DNA from: Klebsiella phage vB_KM5a1-KLB31
Sequence record: PP582757.1
DNA length: 64,000 nt
Direction: 5' to 3' (one strand)
How positions within the stretch are numbered: position 1 is the first letter of the stretch; each line of letters starts with the position of its first letter. Below are positions 1 through 9,139 of the stretch, one piece after another. The position numbers and the translations under genes are program-made. The notes under the pieces were generated by a model that saw only the letters and a program-made list of their open reading frames with translations, made no database searches and had not been told where the DNA came from.

Positions 1-2184
1 TTACTCGCCCAACAGTTTTACAATTTCAGCAACAGCATTGCCTTCCATATTATACCGGTTGCGCATGTATTCCGTTACAACGATATTTTCACCTTCAAAC
101 TTCTTAATACGTTCTGCAGCTCGACTATCAGCGTATTCGTTAAGTTTACGCACGATATGCAGACCATTATAAACCTGGTCTTTATGGAGCGGGTTCGTAT
201 AAGAAATAATGTTCACCGGATTCAACCAAGAACGCAGTGCAAACAAGTCTTTAGCTTCTTTAGAGCTTTTACCGGATTCGGTGAGATATTTCATCAGGAA
301 ATTCAGCTCTGGATATTTCTCGATATGTCTGGTATAATTATAAGCTCGGCCGCTTGTAGCAGTATAGTAGTCATAATCAACTTCATCAACCAGCTCTACA
401 AATTTATCACTGATAGCGACAAGCATATCTTGACACTGGTCCAGCTTGATAATTTTCTTCTGAAGCTGAGGACGAACAATATGAAACTCTGTGATGCCTA
501 ATACATCGGCACACTGACAAATTCCACCAAAGTTGTTCCAGACACCGTATTCAGATTCCATTGTTACGTAGTTGTACCCATTCTTAAACACTACCCAACC
601 ATCGATATCTTCGGCATCAGCAGCATTATAGAACAATTCTTCTTCGGCCCATGAACCTTCTTTAGTTTTGTACCAACGAACAGCACTTGGAGCTTTAGGC
701 TTAGGCTGATATTCACGTTGAACGACAACCACATAATCTTCTACGGCAGCAAAGAACTCTGAAGTGTATTTCATTACGACTTCATCTTCACCCATCTGAC
801 GAAGAACATCAGGAAGAGTGTTCATTTCCAGTTCTGATTCTGGATTCACGAACAGGATTTCTTCACCACGTTCAGGCAACCATGGATTTTCTTTCAGAAT
901 CTTCTTGGCTTTATCATCTTTAGAATACCGAATTTCATTCAGAGCACGAACAGCCGGCAGACGTTGTTTCTTACAGTCATCAATAATAATGGTCAGTTTC
1001 TTACGTTGGGTACCGAACATATACGTAACACCGACACCACCACGAGTCCCATTAGACTTCAGACGTTTCATCTTAGGGTCTACACAGACTTCGTATACGA
1101 TACCTGCTTCAACAAAACGAGATTTAACATCATATTTTGCATAAAGTTGTTTGTAAGTTTTATTGCCACAAACAACGGCAGCTTTATTCTGAAGCATTTG
1201 GTTAGCACGATAATTCAGGCCGCCAAGTTCACGAACAACTTTACGTTCGTTAGTTGTTTCACGCCATTCTTTCAGATCGGCATCCATCACACGTTTATCA
1301 AGATGAATAATACGTGATTTGATGTTTGCAATAGTCTGTTCGTCAAGAGACAATTCTTCACGTGATGCAGCGATATCGAGTTCGCCTAATGGGAACTTAA
1401 TGAATGCAACATCATTACGAGAACCAATCCAGGTATCACCCAGGCCCGGAACATCATTCAATGGATAAACAATGCTGCCATATACCGCAAACAGACCCGA
1501 ACGTTCTTCATAAGAATAATCGGTTGTTGGGATGACATAATATTCATCAAATTCAGGGAAGAAACGTGGCTCAAGTTTAGAACCAACCAGATTGACCTTA
1601 GCTTCACCGAATGGACGAACAACATATTTGATTTCGTCTTTCCAACGCTGAATATCTGCCGTTTTAACTGGGACTGTAATTTCCAGACCAGTCTTATCAT
1701 CTTCTTTCATATCTTCTTCGAACAGAAGACGAATAACAGGCTCACCATTATCCAGCATTGCCGTATAACCATAGACCTTACCTTCATGATAAGAAACCAC
1801 AGTAAACGTATCAGTATAACTGAACGGAGATTTAGAACCAAGGCCTAATGCACCAATGAAGTCATTAGAGTTGTTCTTGGTAGAAGCAAAGTAAGTCGTG
1901 TACAGGTTTTCCAGGCCATCTTTAGACAGACCAGGACCAAAGTCACGAATAATGAAACGTGGGTCCATTTGGCCAGGAACGTTAATTTGGAATGCACCTT
2001 CAAAGCCATTCAACTTATGGGCATCAAGACAGTTACAGGCCAGTTCACGAACGATTGCACGAATCTTGTTTTTGTAAAGACCAGAAGAAAGGATTTTAAA
2101 TGCCTTTGCACTTGTGGTAATTTTAAACTTGGTGTTTGCACCCTTACTGCCTAATACTACTTCATCATCGCCTTGGATAATCAT
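1..2184 (-). CDS. rIIA: rIIA membrane-associated protein with N-terminal GHKL-type ATPase motifs; window begins at its stop codon
   Basis: 727 aa ORF. GHKL-like motifs RELACNCLDAH, DFGPGL, GALGLGSKS; size and position match T4 rIIA at genome start. Confidence 0.8.
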   Translation of the reverse strand: MIIQGDDEVVLGSKGANTKFKITTSAKAFKILSSGLYKNKIRAIVRELACNCLDAHKLNGFEGAFQINVPGQMDPRFIIRDFGPGLSKDGLENLYTTYFASTKNNSNDFIGALGLGSKSPFSYTDTFTVVSYHEGKVYGYTAMLDNGEPVIRLLFEEDMKEDDKTGLEITVPVKTADIQRWKDEIKYVVRPFGEAKVNLVGSKLEPRFFPEFDEYYVIPTTDYSYEERSGLFAVYGSIVYPLNDVPGLGDTWIGSRNDVAFIKFPLGELDIAASREELSLDEQTIANIKSRIIHLDKRVMDADLKEWRETTNERKVVRELGGLNYRANQMLQNKAAVVCGNKTYKQLYAKYDVKSRFVEAGIVYEVCVDPKMKRLKSNGTRGGVGVTYMFGTQRKKLTIIIDDCKKQRLPAVRALNEIRYSKDDKAKKILKENPWLPERGEEILFVNPESELEMNTLPDVLRQMGEDEVVMKYTSEFFAAVEDYVVVVQREYQPKPKAPSAVRWYKTKEGSWAEEELFYNAADAEDIDGWVVFKNGYNYVTMESEYGVWNNFGGICQCADVLGITEFHIVRPQLQKKIIKLDQCQDMLVAISDKFVELVDEVDYDYYTATSGRAYNYTRHIEKYPELNFLMKYLTESGKSSKEAKDLFALRSWLNPVNIISYTNPLHKDQVYNGLHIVRKLNEYADSRAAERIKKFEGENIVVTEYMRNRYNMEGNAVAEIVKLLGE

Positions 2185-2190
2185 TATTTT

Positions 2191-2487
2191 TCACTCATGT
2201 CGTTTAATAAGTTCTGCCACTTCAAGAAGTTCTTCTTTAGTAGCGGTGTCGTTTTGAATTTTAACTCTCATTTCTTTGAAGCGTTCTTTAAACACTTCGG
2301 CTTCAGCCATATCAAAGAAACGTTGGATGATTCGATATTCACGGAAAACAGCGTCATCAAATAATTCGATGTTGACATTATAACTTCGCATTTGGTAATA
2401 CCTCATGTTGCTTATACTCAAGAGTAGAACCAACTTCACGAAGTATCTTCCGCATATTTCCCATAGAAGCTTTGTGACTTTGGTCAT
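2191..2487 (-). CDS. hypothetical small protein (rIIA.1 position); true start probably at an internal Met (~2391-2406)
   Basis: 98 aa ORF directly upstream of rIIA; overlaps neighbouring ORF in another frame. Confidence 0.4.
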   Translation of the reverse strand: MTKVTKLLWEICGRYFVKLVLLLSISNMRYYQMRSYNVNIELFDDAVFREYRIIQRFFDMAEAEVFKERFKEMRVKIQNDTATKEELLEVAELIKRHE

Positions 2488-2695
2488 GATAAATCAGGTT
2501 CAGAACCGATTCCTGTTGTTCAGGAGTGAGAGCCTGATTGTTTTTAATTTGCACTGCAATAGTTTTTACAGCCAAGGCATAAGAACGTTTCCTGGCGCTA
2601 TCTAGCGTAGAATTCATTGCCTTTCTTATTCCGGCCTCCATCACTGTCAATGCAAGATTATCCAAGTTCACTATACTATTGTCAGACATAACCAT
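2378..2695 (-). CDS. hypothetical protein
   Basis: 105 aa ORF in the gene-dense minus-strand array. Confidence 0.4.
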   Translation of the reverse strand: MVMSDNSIVNLDNLALTVMEAGIRKAMNSTLDSARKRSYALAVKTIAVQIKNNQALTPEQQESVLNLIYHDQSHKASMGNMRKILREVGSTLEYKQHEVLPNAKL

Positions 2696-2782
2696 AATTT
2701 ACCTATTCACGTATCTATTCACAAAGTTATTCAGTTCTGTACCCTGTACAGCCCCGGTCCAAAAAGTATCTATTCAGATACA

Positions 2783-2803
2783 AAAATGGGTATGGCTAAT
2801 ATA
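2783..2803 (-). terminator. hairpin GTATGG-loop-CCATAC followed by T-run on the minus strand
   Basis: Inverted repeat gtatggctaatataccatac; minus-strand transcript reads hairpin then CCAUUUUUGU. Confidence 0.35.
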
Positions 2804-2822
2804 CCATACCCAAATAACAGCA

Positions 2823-3014
2823 TTACTCTACTCGGTAAACCTGTCCATACGCTTTATAGATGGAACCATCTGGGCGCTCTACAGTAATTGTTACAAAAGT
2901 AGAAAACAATGGCTTCTCGGTTGCCCAAAGATATCCAAATTCGCCAGTGGCGAGCGTGACCCAATACTTCTTCATAAAGGCCTTCCTTATTGTATGATAC
3001 CATTTTGATATCAT
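2823..3014 (-). CDS. hypothetical small protein
   Basis: 63 aa ORF between gene 39 and downstream ORFs; followed by hairpin. Confidence 0.3.
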   Translation of the reverse strand: MISKWYHTIRKAFMKKYWVTLATGEFGYLWATEKPLFSTFVTITVERPDGSIYKAYGQVYRVE

Positions 3015-3023
3015 ACATATTTA

Positions 3024-4862
3024 TTACGACATCCAGGCCTTACGAAGTTCAGGGTCTTCACCTAATAACATTTCAAACAGTTCTTTCCAGTTCTCAGGCA
3101 GTTCTACAACGTCATACTGGGGTTCCATAATCATTTTCTTATATTCGTGTTTCTCAAGAGAACCTAGTCCTTTGATATAACGAATTGAATGTTTTGGAAG
3201 TTTATTTTTAGCCGCTTCATATTCAGGCAAGTCATAGAACCATTCTTGATTCTTACCGACTTGGGCAATAATTACCGGAGTCTTGACGAATCGAATACGA
3301 CCTTGTTCGAACAGTTCAGGCCATTGAGTAAAGAAGGCTAAAAGTGATGGATAAATCGAACCTGTTCCATCTACGTCAGCATCGGTCATGATTGCAATAT
3401 TTTTGTACTGCATACCTTCAGAACTTTCGCCAATTGTAAGACCCGTAATAGCACAGATATCAAAGGCTTCTTTGTTCTTCAAAATATCACCGGCCTGCAT
3501 ACCCCAGGTATTCATGAACTTACCACGTAATGGATAACCACCATGTAGTTCACGGTCACGAACTTCAATAAGATAACCGATTGCCGAATCACCTTCTGTC
3601 AAGAACAAAGTTGTATCAGCATCTTTACCGTATTGGTTTGCTTTAATATGTTTTTGAACTTTAGCTTTCTGGGCTTTCTTTTGAGCTTTGGTTTCAGCAG
3701 CTTTCTCGGCAGCTAATTTACGAGCTAATGCAGCTTCAACGATAGGCATAATAAGCCCTTCGTCTTTAAGAATAGCCATTGCAATTTTCTTGGCATCGAT
3801 TTGAATATGAGAACGAATTTCACCGAATGGAGATGTCAAACGTTCTTTAGTCTGAGAATCGAAACGCATGTTGCTCATATCACGAATGAACATAATCATG
3901 GTCAGACATTCTTTGACTCGAGCCTTAGTTACTTCGATGCCTTTATATTTCTTTTTAATGCCTGGCAAGAGGTGTTCACAGATATCATCAAACACACATT
4001 CTACGTGATGACCACCATTCTTGGTGTGAATGTTGTTCACATAAGTCAGATGACGGAATCCATCAGGACTTGTAGCAAATGACATTGATACTTTATCGGT
4101 CTCTTGAATTACAACGTTTTCACCGAACTGTTTAGCGAACTTCTTAAAGTTGCCATCCACTTTCTTACCGCAAAAAGTGAATTGAATGTCCGGGAATACA
4201 ACTGCCAGAGTTTGGAGACGGTCCAAAGTAATATCACGATAAATCTCACCGAAATCGTTCGTTTCAAAATGACTAAAGTCCGGAATGAAAGATACGATTG
4301 TACCTGTCTTGGCTTTAACATGCTCTTTCTTAGAGGCAGGACGGGTTTCCCAACTCTTGTTTTCCATGCCATTAGAACAACGTACGACGATCTCATTCTG
4401 ACCATCGCAGGTGGCGCCTGCAAACGTTACAGAGAAGATGTTGGTTAAACTACTGCCGACACCGTTCATGCCACCTGTCTTACGCTCAGCGTCGTCGCCA
4501 AAGTTACCACCGGCCTTTGGAATGGTCCATGCAGCTACAGGACCTGGCAGTTCGGTTCCGGTCTGGTCTACAACCATCGCTTGTGGAATACCACGACCGT
4601 TATCTTCGACAATAACTTTATTACCTTTAAAGTCTACGTCAATTTTGTTGGCAAATTTAAAGTTCGTACGAATAGCTTCATCGACAGAGTTATCAATGAT
4701 TTCATCGATTAATTTAACCAGGCCAGGAACATAAGTCACTGATTGGAATTTACCAAACAGAAAACGATCGTGCGCTTCATTAGCACTTGAGCCAATATAC
4801 ATCCCACTACGTTTTTTGATATGTTCAACATCACTTAGTACTTTAATTTCATTCTTAATCAT
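3024..4862 (-). CDS. 39: DNA topoisomerase II large subunit (GyrB-like), gene 39 with gene 60 portion fused
   Basis: 612 aa. GHKL ATPase motifs (ELIDEIIDNSVDEA, DNGRGIP) and TOPRIM-like region. No split or bypass element as in T4 gene 60. Confidence 0.85.
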   Translation of the reverse strand: MIKNEIKVLSDVEHIKKRSGMYIGSSANEAHDRFLFGKFQSVTYVPGLVKLIDEIIDNSVDEAIRTNFKFANKIDVDFKGNKVIVEDNGRGIPQAMVVDQTGTELPGPVAAWTIPKAGGNFGDDAERKTGGMNGVGSSLTNIFSVTFAGATCDGQNEIVVRCSNGMENKSWETRPASKKEHVKAKTGTIVSFIPDFSHFETNDFGEIYRDITLDRLQTLAVVFPDIQFTFCGKKVDGNFKKFAKQFGENVVIQETDKVSMSFATSPDGFRHLTYVNNIHTKNGGHHVECVFDDICEHLLPGIKKKYKGIEVTKARVKECLTMIMFIRDMSNMRFDSQTKERLTSPFGEIRSHIQIDAKKIAMAILKDEGLIMPIVEAALARKLAAEKAAETKAQKKAQKAKVQKHIKANQYGKDADTTLFLTEGDSAIGYLIEVRDRELHGGYPLRGKFMNTWGMQAGDILKNKEAFDICAITGLTIGESSEGMQYKNIAIMTDADVDGTGSIYPSLLAFFTQWPELFEQGRIRFVKTPVIIAQVGKNQEWFYDLPEYEAAKNKLPKHSIRYIKGLGSLEKHEYKKMIMEPQYDVVELPENWKELFEMLLGEDPELRKAWMS

Positions 4863-4884
4863 TTCATTTCCTCATGTAGTGAAG

Positions 4885-4913
4885 ATATATTAACCTTCTC
4901 ATTAAAAAGCAAA
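4885..4913 (-). promoter_or_regulatory. candidate MotA-dependent middle promoter for gene 39 (TTTGCTTTTTA, 12 nt spacer, TAATAT)
   Basis: Minus strand reads TTTTTGCTTTTTAATGAGAAGGTTAATATATC about 25 nt upstream of the gene 39 ATG. Confidence 0.4.
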
Positions 4914-4932
4914 AAAGGAGCCCGTAGGCTCC
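4905..4932 (-). terminator. rho-independent terminator (GGAGCC-UACG-GGCUCC plus U-tract) after the SGNH hydrolase gene
   Basis: Plus ggagcccgtaggctcc; minus transcript reads hairpin followed by UUUUUUGCUUUUU. Confidence 0.6.
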
Positions 4933-4934
4933 TA

Positions 4935-6464
4935 TCAAATTAGTGAAGGTAAAACATTTGTGAACTGAGAACCACGCCAGAAATAGCCCTGGTCATTAGG
5001 ATGCACATTATCATTAGACGTGTACAAATTAGAGTTCTCGGCTGTGACCCAACCCATGACATCAACAAAATCAAGACCAAGCTCAGTTGTAAGCTCTATT
5101 AAAGCATCTCGTACAGCAGCAATCTGATCGGTCATACCGAGTGGAGTTGCTGGACCAAACACAATAATTTTAGCCTGTGGCTGATATTGGTTAATAAGTG
5201 TTATTGATTCGCGGAAGTTAGTTTTCAATTCTTCAATTCTTCCTGCCGGAGCATCATTATAGCCAAGAGCCAAAGTAATGATATCAGGTTGGAATGAAAG
5301 AGTCTGTAGCTTAGAAGTTATTCGAGCCTGTGGTTGAGTAGATGCCGTAGAAGTCCAACCGGACCCGCCAATACCATCTGCAAGACCAACTAATCCAAGC
5401 TTATCACAATAGAATCTGAAATCATTAAATGATGCCTGAGTTGCCATTGTACCAAACGTATAAGAATCACCAAGTTGCCAAATCATTTTGGCCGGGCGAG
5501 TAATTGCTGTAATAGTTTTACCTGTATCAACAATTATTGCGCCTACAGCAGTGTTCACACCTACTAAAGAGTATTCACGTTCTACTTCAGAACCAGCCCA
5601 ATCGATATTATAGATGTATGTGCCGCCTGAAGAATCAGTAGAAACTGAAGTCCCAGAAACACGAGCACCATTAACATAAAGATCGTATTTCGAGTTATTA
5701 CCAGCCAGGCGGAATTCGACTTTACTCGAATCGGTTTTAAATGTTACTCGGCATTGAGTACCATTACCTACTCCGTTCCCACGATAACCCGCTACAGCAT
5801 CTTTAATATCAGAACCCCACCAAGTAAGTTTCGCATCAGAACGAGCAATAGTTACACCAGCATAAATCCCAGATGCAACACCGGCATTAGTGGTCACAGT
5901 AAACGTAGCACCGGTACCTGTACCACCAGTGGTTGCACGAGTCCCAGTAGGAGCGGTCGCATAAACACCTGGTGTACGAACCTGGGTAGTTGTGATTGCA
6001 CCACCAGTTCCTACTGCCGTAACACGTAATTGTCCAGGGACATCGCCTGCGGCTCCAGGAACATCAATAACGTCCCCAAACACATATCCAGTGCCACCAG
6101 AAACAAGAGTTGCTGTACCTGAAATACCTACGCCTTTAGTCAGCTTAGTAGTAGGCGGTGAAGCCATAACAGCAACAGGCTGAAGCATAGGTCCTAATGG
6201 TGGTTGAACCGAGCCAACATCATATGTGCTGATATTATAAAGATATCCATTTCTGGATTCAATGAACGAAACTTCACCGTAATCTGCATATGCATCTTTC
6301 AAAGTTTCAATTTGAAGAGCATATTTAGGGTCAGCGTAATCCTGCCATTTCTTACCCTCATTCTTAGAGCGAATAAGGATATCATGAATCCAGTAAGGAA
6401 GATAGAGAAAACTTGTATTTCGCCACGGAATAGGATGTACCGTAGTCCACTTTTGATCGGCCAT
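4935..6464 (-). CDS. large SGNH/GDSL-family hydrolase (esterase) with Gly/Thr-rich beta-type N-terminal region
   Basis: 509 aa. C-terminal motifs GDSYTFG (block I Ser), LALGYND, DNVHPN (block V). N-terminal half rich in G/T/V repeats. Confidence 0.6.
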   Translation of the reverse strand: MADQKWTTVHPIPWRNTSFLYLPYWIHDILIRSKNEGKKWQDYADPKYALQIETLKDAYADYGEVSFIESRNGYLYNISTYDVGSVQPPLGPMLQPVAVMASPPTTKLTKGVGISGTATLVSGGTGYVFGDVIDVPGAAGDVPGQLRVTAVGTGGAITTTQVRTPGVYATAPTGTRATTGGTGTGATFTVTTNAGVASGIYAGVTIARSDAKLTWWGSDIKDAVAGYRGNGVGNGTQCRVTFKTDSSKVEFRLAGNNSKYDLYVNGARVSGTSVSTDSSGGTYIYNIDWAGSEVEREYSLVGVNTAVGAIIVDTGKTITAITRPAKMIWQLGDSYTFGTMATQASFNDFRFYCDKLGLVGLADGIGGSGWTSTASTQPQARITSKLQTLSFQPDIITLALGYNDAPAGRIEELKTNFRESITLINQYQPQAKIIVFGPATPLGMTDQIAAVRDALIELTTELGLDFVDVMGWVTAENSNLYTSNDNVHPNDQGYFWRGSQFTNVLPSLI

Positions 6465-6488
6465 AAATGCCTCCTTATTGTCTAAGGA

Positions 6489-6496
6489 TATTTATG
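6489..6496 (-). promoter_or_regulatory. late-promoter-like box CATAAATA (one mismatch to TATAAATA) about 25 nt upstream of the SGNH hydrolase ATG
   Basis: Minus strand TCATAAATAT followed by AGGAGG SD and ATG at 6464. Confidence 0.3.
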
Positions 6497-6710
6497 ACTT
6501 ACATTTTTTGCATGTCAGGTCATGCCATTGATGAGCGGCCAATCCAGATTTAATATAAGCACGAAACTCTTTAATGGCTGCACGTTTCTGGCGTTTAGTC
6601 ATCCGAACCGGACGATAATATGCTGTAGATTTGCCGCTCACAGAGATAACAAACTTAAAGACCATTGCATCACGACGTGGATGTTTACCGTACGATTCAG
6701 ATGTTTTCAT
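6492..6710 (-). CDS. hypothetical small basic protein
   Basis: 72 aa ORF; start overlaps stop of upstream ORF (ATGA). Confidence 0.4.
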   Translation of the reverse strand: MKTSESYGKHPRRDAMVFKFVISVSGKSTAYYRPVRMTKRQKRAAIKEFRAYIKSGLAAHQWHDLTCKKCKS

Positions 6711-6961
6711 TATTCAAACCTGATAGTAGAGTTTTTGAAGAACATTCCTGCACAAACAGCGCCTTCAACACGAACACCAGTAGGACCTTTAGCAATAAAA
6801 CCAGTTTGGTAGGTGTCTTTATCAGAACAACTCATCCAGGCATAGCCAGTGAATTGAATATCAGAGAAACCATTAGCTTTAAGAATACGTTCTGCGCCTG
6901 GTTCATCAGTACAACCAGCCAAAGCAATAACCATACTCAGAGCGATTAGAATCTTTTTCAT
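6710..6961 (-). CDS. putative lipoprotein
   Basis: 83 aa. Signal peptide with lipobox LAGC (MKKILIALSMVIALAGC). Confidence 0.5.
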   Translation of the reverse strand: MKKILIALSMVIALAGCTDEPGAERILKANGFSDIQFTGYAWMSCSDKDTYQTGFIAKGPTGVRVEGAVCAGMFFKNSTIRFE

Positions 6962-7053
6962 TTCTTAGTTACCTTAAGAATTTTACCACAGTGAAGTTTA
7001 ATAATCCGGCTTTCACCGGATTTCATGAAGCGAATACGTGGTTTAGTACCCAT
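6958..7053 (-). CDS. small ORF (31 aa) translationally coupled on both sides
   Basis: ATG overlaps upstream TAA (TAATG) and its TGA overlaps downstream ATG (ATGA); below the ORF-track threshold. Confidence 0.25.
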   Translation of the reverse strand: MGTKPRIRFMKSGESRIIKLHCGKILKVTKK

Positions 7054-7232
7054 TAGTAGTCACCATTTTTGAAGCCATTATAATGAACAGCAGGAGCAAC
7101 GACTTTATTACGAATCATTTGTCCTTCACAGTTCAGGAACTTACATGGCTGTGGATTATCACGTTCAGAAATCTTAACATTCTTTTCTGCTTGTTCACCA
7201 CATGCTTCACATTTATAATCATACAGAGGCAT
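7053..7232 (-). CDS. zinc-ribbon protein, FmdB-like (MPLYDYKCEACG...C...C)
   Basis: 59 aa ORF not in track: MPLYDYKCEACGEQAEKNVKISERDNPQPCKFLNCEGQ...; N-terminal MPxYxYxCxxCG is the FmdB zinc-ribbon signature. Confidence 0.4.
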   Translation of the reverse strand: MPLYDYKCEACGEQAEKNVKISERDNPQPCKFLNCEGQMIRNKVVAPAVHYNGFKNGDY

Positions 7233-7608
7233 CTTTTAATCCTTGTAACATAATAATTGCAGCGTGTACTTCTTCCATTGTAGTAATGGTCAGACGAATT
7301 TCTGGAATAGCCAGAGGCGTCACAGGAACTTCCGAAACAGGCATATTCGGCATTTCTTTAAAGAACTGAGATTCGCGTTCGGTAATATGGAAGCTCCACT
7401 TGAAGTCATATTCTTTAGCGATATGATCGCCGGTCATAATACGACCATCACTTGTTTCAAACAAATTATAAACACAGTCGCCACGTTGCATCTGCATTTT
7501 AATAGGGCCAAGTTTATCGAGGATACGAACCATATGTTGGTTCACACCTGTTGTACGAACGAATCCTTCACGGTCGTACAAGAAATAGAATTTATTTGTT
7601 TCAATCAT
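7219..7608 (-). CDS. hypothetical protein
   Basis: 129 aa ORF. Confidence 0.45.
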   Translation of the reverse strand: MIETNKFYFLYDREGFVRTTGVNQHMVRILDKLGPIKMQMQRGDCVYNLFETSDGRIMTGDHIAKEYDFKWSFHITERESQFFKEMPNMPVSEVPVTPLAIPEIRLTITTMEEVHAAIIMLQGLKDASV

Positions 7609-8396
7609 TTGAACACCATATTATTCAGCATATCAATAGCTTTCAGTCGAGTGAATTCGTCTTCAACAACAAAACGAATCTTACCAATTACTTCAATTTT
7701 GGGACCTGCAGTGACCAATTCGGAAGCGTCACGTTCGATTTCGCCCATAATCTCATCATCAGTTTTACCGTGGTCTTTTTCTTGCTCGTCGACCCAACCT
7801 GTAGTAGGCTTTTCGATTTCGCCACACGGTTTGAATCGAACGTCACGCTGGGGCAGTTCTTGAACAATAGATTCGCCACGAATAAAGCCTGCACAAATTG
7901 GACGTTTCCATTCTTCAAAATGGACTATTTCATCTTCGGTCAAAGTGAAGTTCAGATAAAGATGGTTTGAACGGTCATTAGGGTCTATATACTTCAGACG
8001 CATGGTCTTAAGTTCTGAGCCTACGTTCAGTACGACATTTTCAACAATGAACGGGTTGTAACCAATAGTTCGCAAGAAGTTTATATTGATTGAAGACCCT
8101 TTCAGCAATCCTTTGGCATCTTTTAACTGATAGCCAGCATTCACACACCAGGCTTTATCATAATCAATAGCAAAATATGTGAGTTCGTTCACCGCATTTA
8201 AATGCATAAACGTAGATTCATCAGCATGGTTTATCACTCGCGTAGCATTACCGTAATCGTCGACTTCAACAACCTTGAATGGGCGAGTGCCTACAAAGTT
8301 GGCGAAAACACGATTATCGCTGCAACGTTGAGTGAAAAGAGCATGGTCATGCATGCTCTTGAAATGGTAGAAATAACCTTCTGTGAACTTATGCAT
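7605..8396 (-). CDS. hypothetical protein (263 aa from Met MHKFTEGY; track ORF extends to 8489)
   Basis: ATG at 8396 overlaps stop of upstream ORF (ATGCATAA); longer N-terminal extension is unlikely. Confidence 0.45.
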   Translation of the reverse strand: MHKFTEGYFYHFKSMHDHALFTQRCSDNRVFANFVGTRPFKVVEVDDYGNATRVINHADESTFMHLNAVNELTYFAIDYDKAWCVNAGYQLKDAKGLLKGSSININFLRTIGYNPFIVENVVLNVGSELKTMRLKYIDPNDRSNHLYLNFTLTEDEIVHFEEWKRPICAGFIRGESIVQELPQRDVRFKPCGEIEKPTTGWVDEQEKDHGKTDDEIMGEIERDASELVTAGPKIEVIGKIRFVVEDEFTRLKAIDMLNNMVFK

Positions 8397-8610
8397 TGTA
8401 AACTTCCTTCCAGTAAGAAGTACCATCTTCAGTGATTTCACGGAAGATGCCATAGATCGGCAGAGTATCACCAACTTTTTCATAAACATATACCACTTGA
8501 GTATGGCTCAGATGGTCAGACCAATCTTTCTGAACAACTACTAATTCATTGCTGAACAGAACATCTTCGAATGCATCACGATTTGAAGTAGTAGTTTCGA
8601 TAGTTTTCAT
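8389..8610 (-). CDS. hypothetical protein
   Basis: 73 aa ORF with GAGG SD; directly downstream of early promoter element E1. Confidence 0.4.
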   Translation of the reverse strand: MKTIETTTSNRDAFEDVLFSNELVVVQKDWSDHLSHTQVVYVYEKVGDTLPIYGIFREITEDGTSYWKEVYNA

Positions 8611-8625
8611 TTTATTTTCCTCTCA

Positions 8626-8674
8626 TTTGTTGGTGTAGGAACATAGTATCATGGTCCTACACCAAAGTAAACAC
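8626..8674 (-). promoter_or_regulatory. T4-type early promoter E1 (GTTTAC-17-TACTAT) embedded in inverted repeat GGTGTAGG...CCTACACC
   Basis: Minus strand GTTTAC TTTGGTGTAGGACCATG ATACTAT GTTCCTACACC; near-identical copy at 13040-13083. Confidence 0.6.
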
Positions 8675-9136
8675 TTATTTTGCGAATTTCAGAACATGAG
8701 TCACAGTGCTACGTGGAACAACTGCAAACTTACCGTCATAGACGATGTTCAGCAGTTCTACGCCATCTTCAATCCACTGGTCAGAAACCCAACCGCAGAC
8801 ACGCAAGAATGGAGTTTCAACACGAACAGCTTTAGTCAACAGATCGGTCGGGTCGATAACTAGAGGACGAATCTGAGTCAGATACATATGAGCAACATCA
8901 GTATCGACTACATAACTGCCAACCTTAACTTTAGAACCATCAACACCTACAGCAGGAGCATCAGAGCCAACGATTTCAGATACATGACGAACCTGAGCAT
9001 AACCAATCACGCCGAAGTCCGTACGGACTTTATAACCATCACGAGCAGAAGAACCGATCAGGGTACCTGCTTCGCCTGCGATTTTAGAACGAGACAGAAG
9101 AGATACGTATACGCGAGAACCAATTTTCATAATCAC
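8675..9136 (-). CDS. hypothetical protein
   Basis: 153 aa ORF. Confidence 0.45.
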   Translation of the reverse strand: MIMKIGSRVYVSLLSRSKIAGEAGTLIGSSARDGYKVRTDFGVIGYAQVRHVSEIVGSDAPAVGVDGSKVKVGSYVVDTDVAHMYLTQIRPLVIDPTDLLTKAVRVETPFLRVCGWVSDQWIEDGVELLNIVYDGKFAVVPRSTVTHVLKFAK

Positions 9137-9139
9137 ACC

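Noticed and set aside
157-1317. Plus-strand ORFs 157..501, 818..1144 and 964..1317
   Set aside because: Lie entirely inside the well-supported rIIA coding region on the opposite strand; low-complexity translations, no SD. Shadow ORFs.
2679-3008. Plus-strand 109-aa ORF
   Set aside because: Overlaps minus-strand ORF and intergenic signals; hydrophobic low-complexity translation from an AT-rich region, no SD.
3024-4862. T4-style gene 60 translational bypass element or split 39/60
   Set aside because: Single uninterrupted 612-aa ORF; no internal stop or 50-nt gap. The fused form is the common non-T4 arrangement.
7264-7970. Plus-strand ORFs 7264..7863 and 7551..7970
   Set aside because: Antisense to two coupled minus-strand genes; no start context. 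Likely shadow frames.
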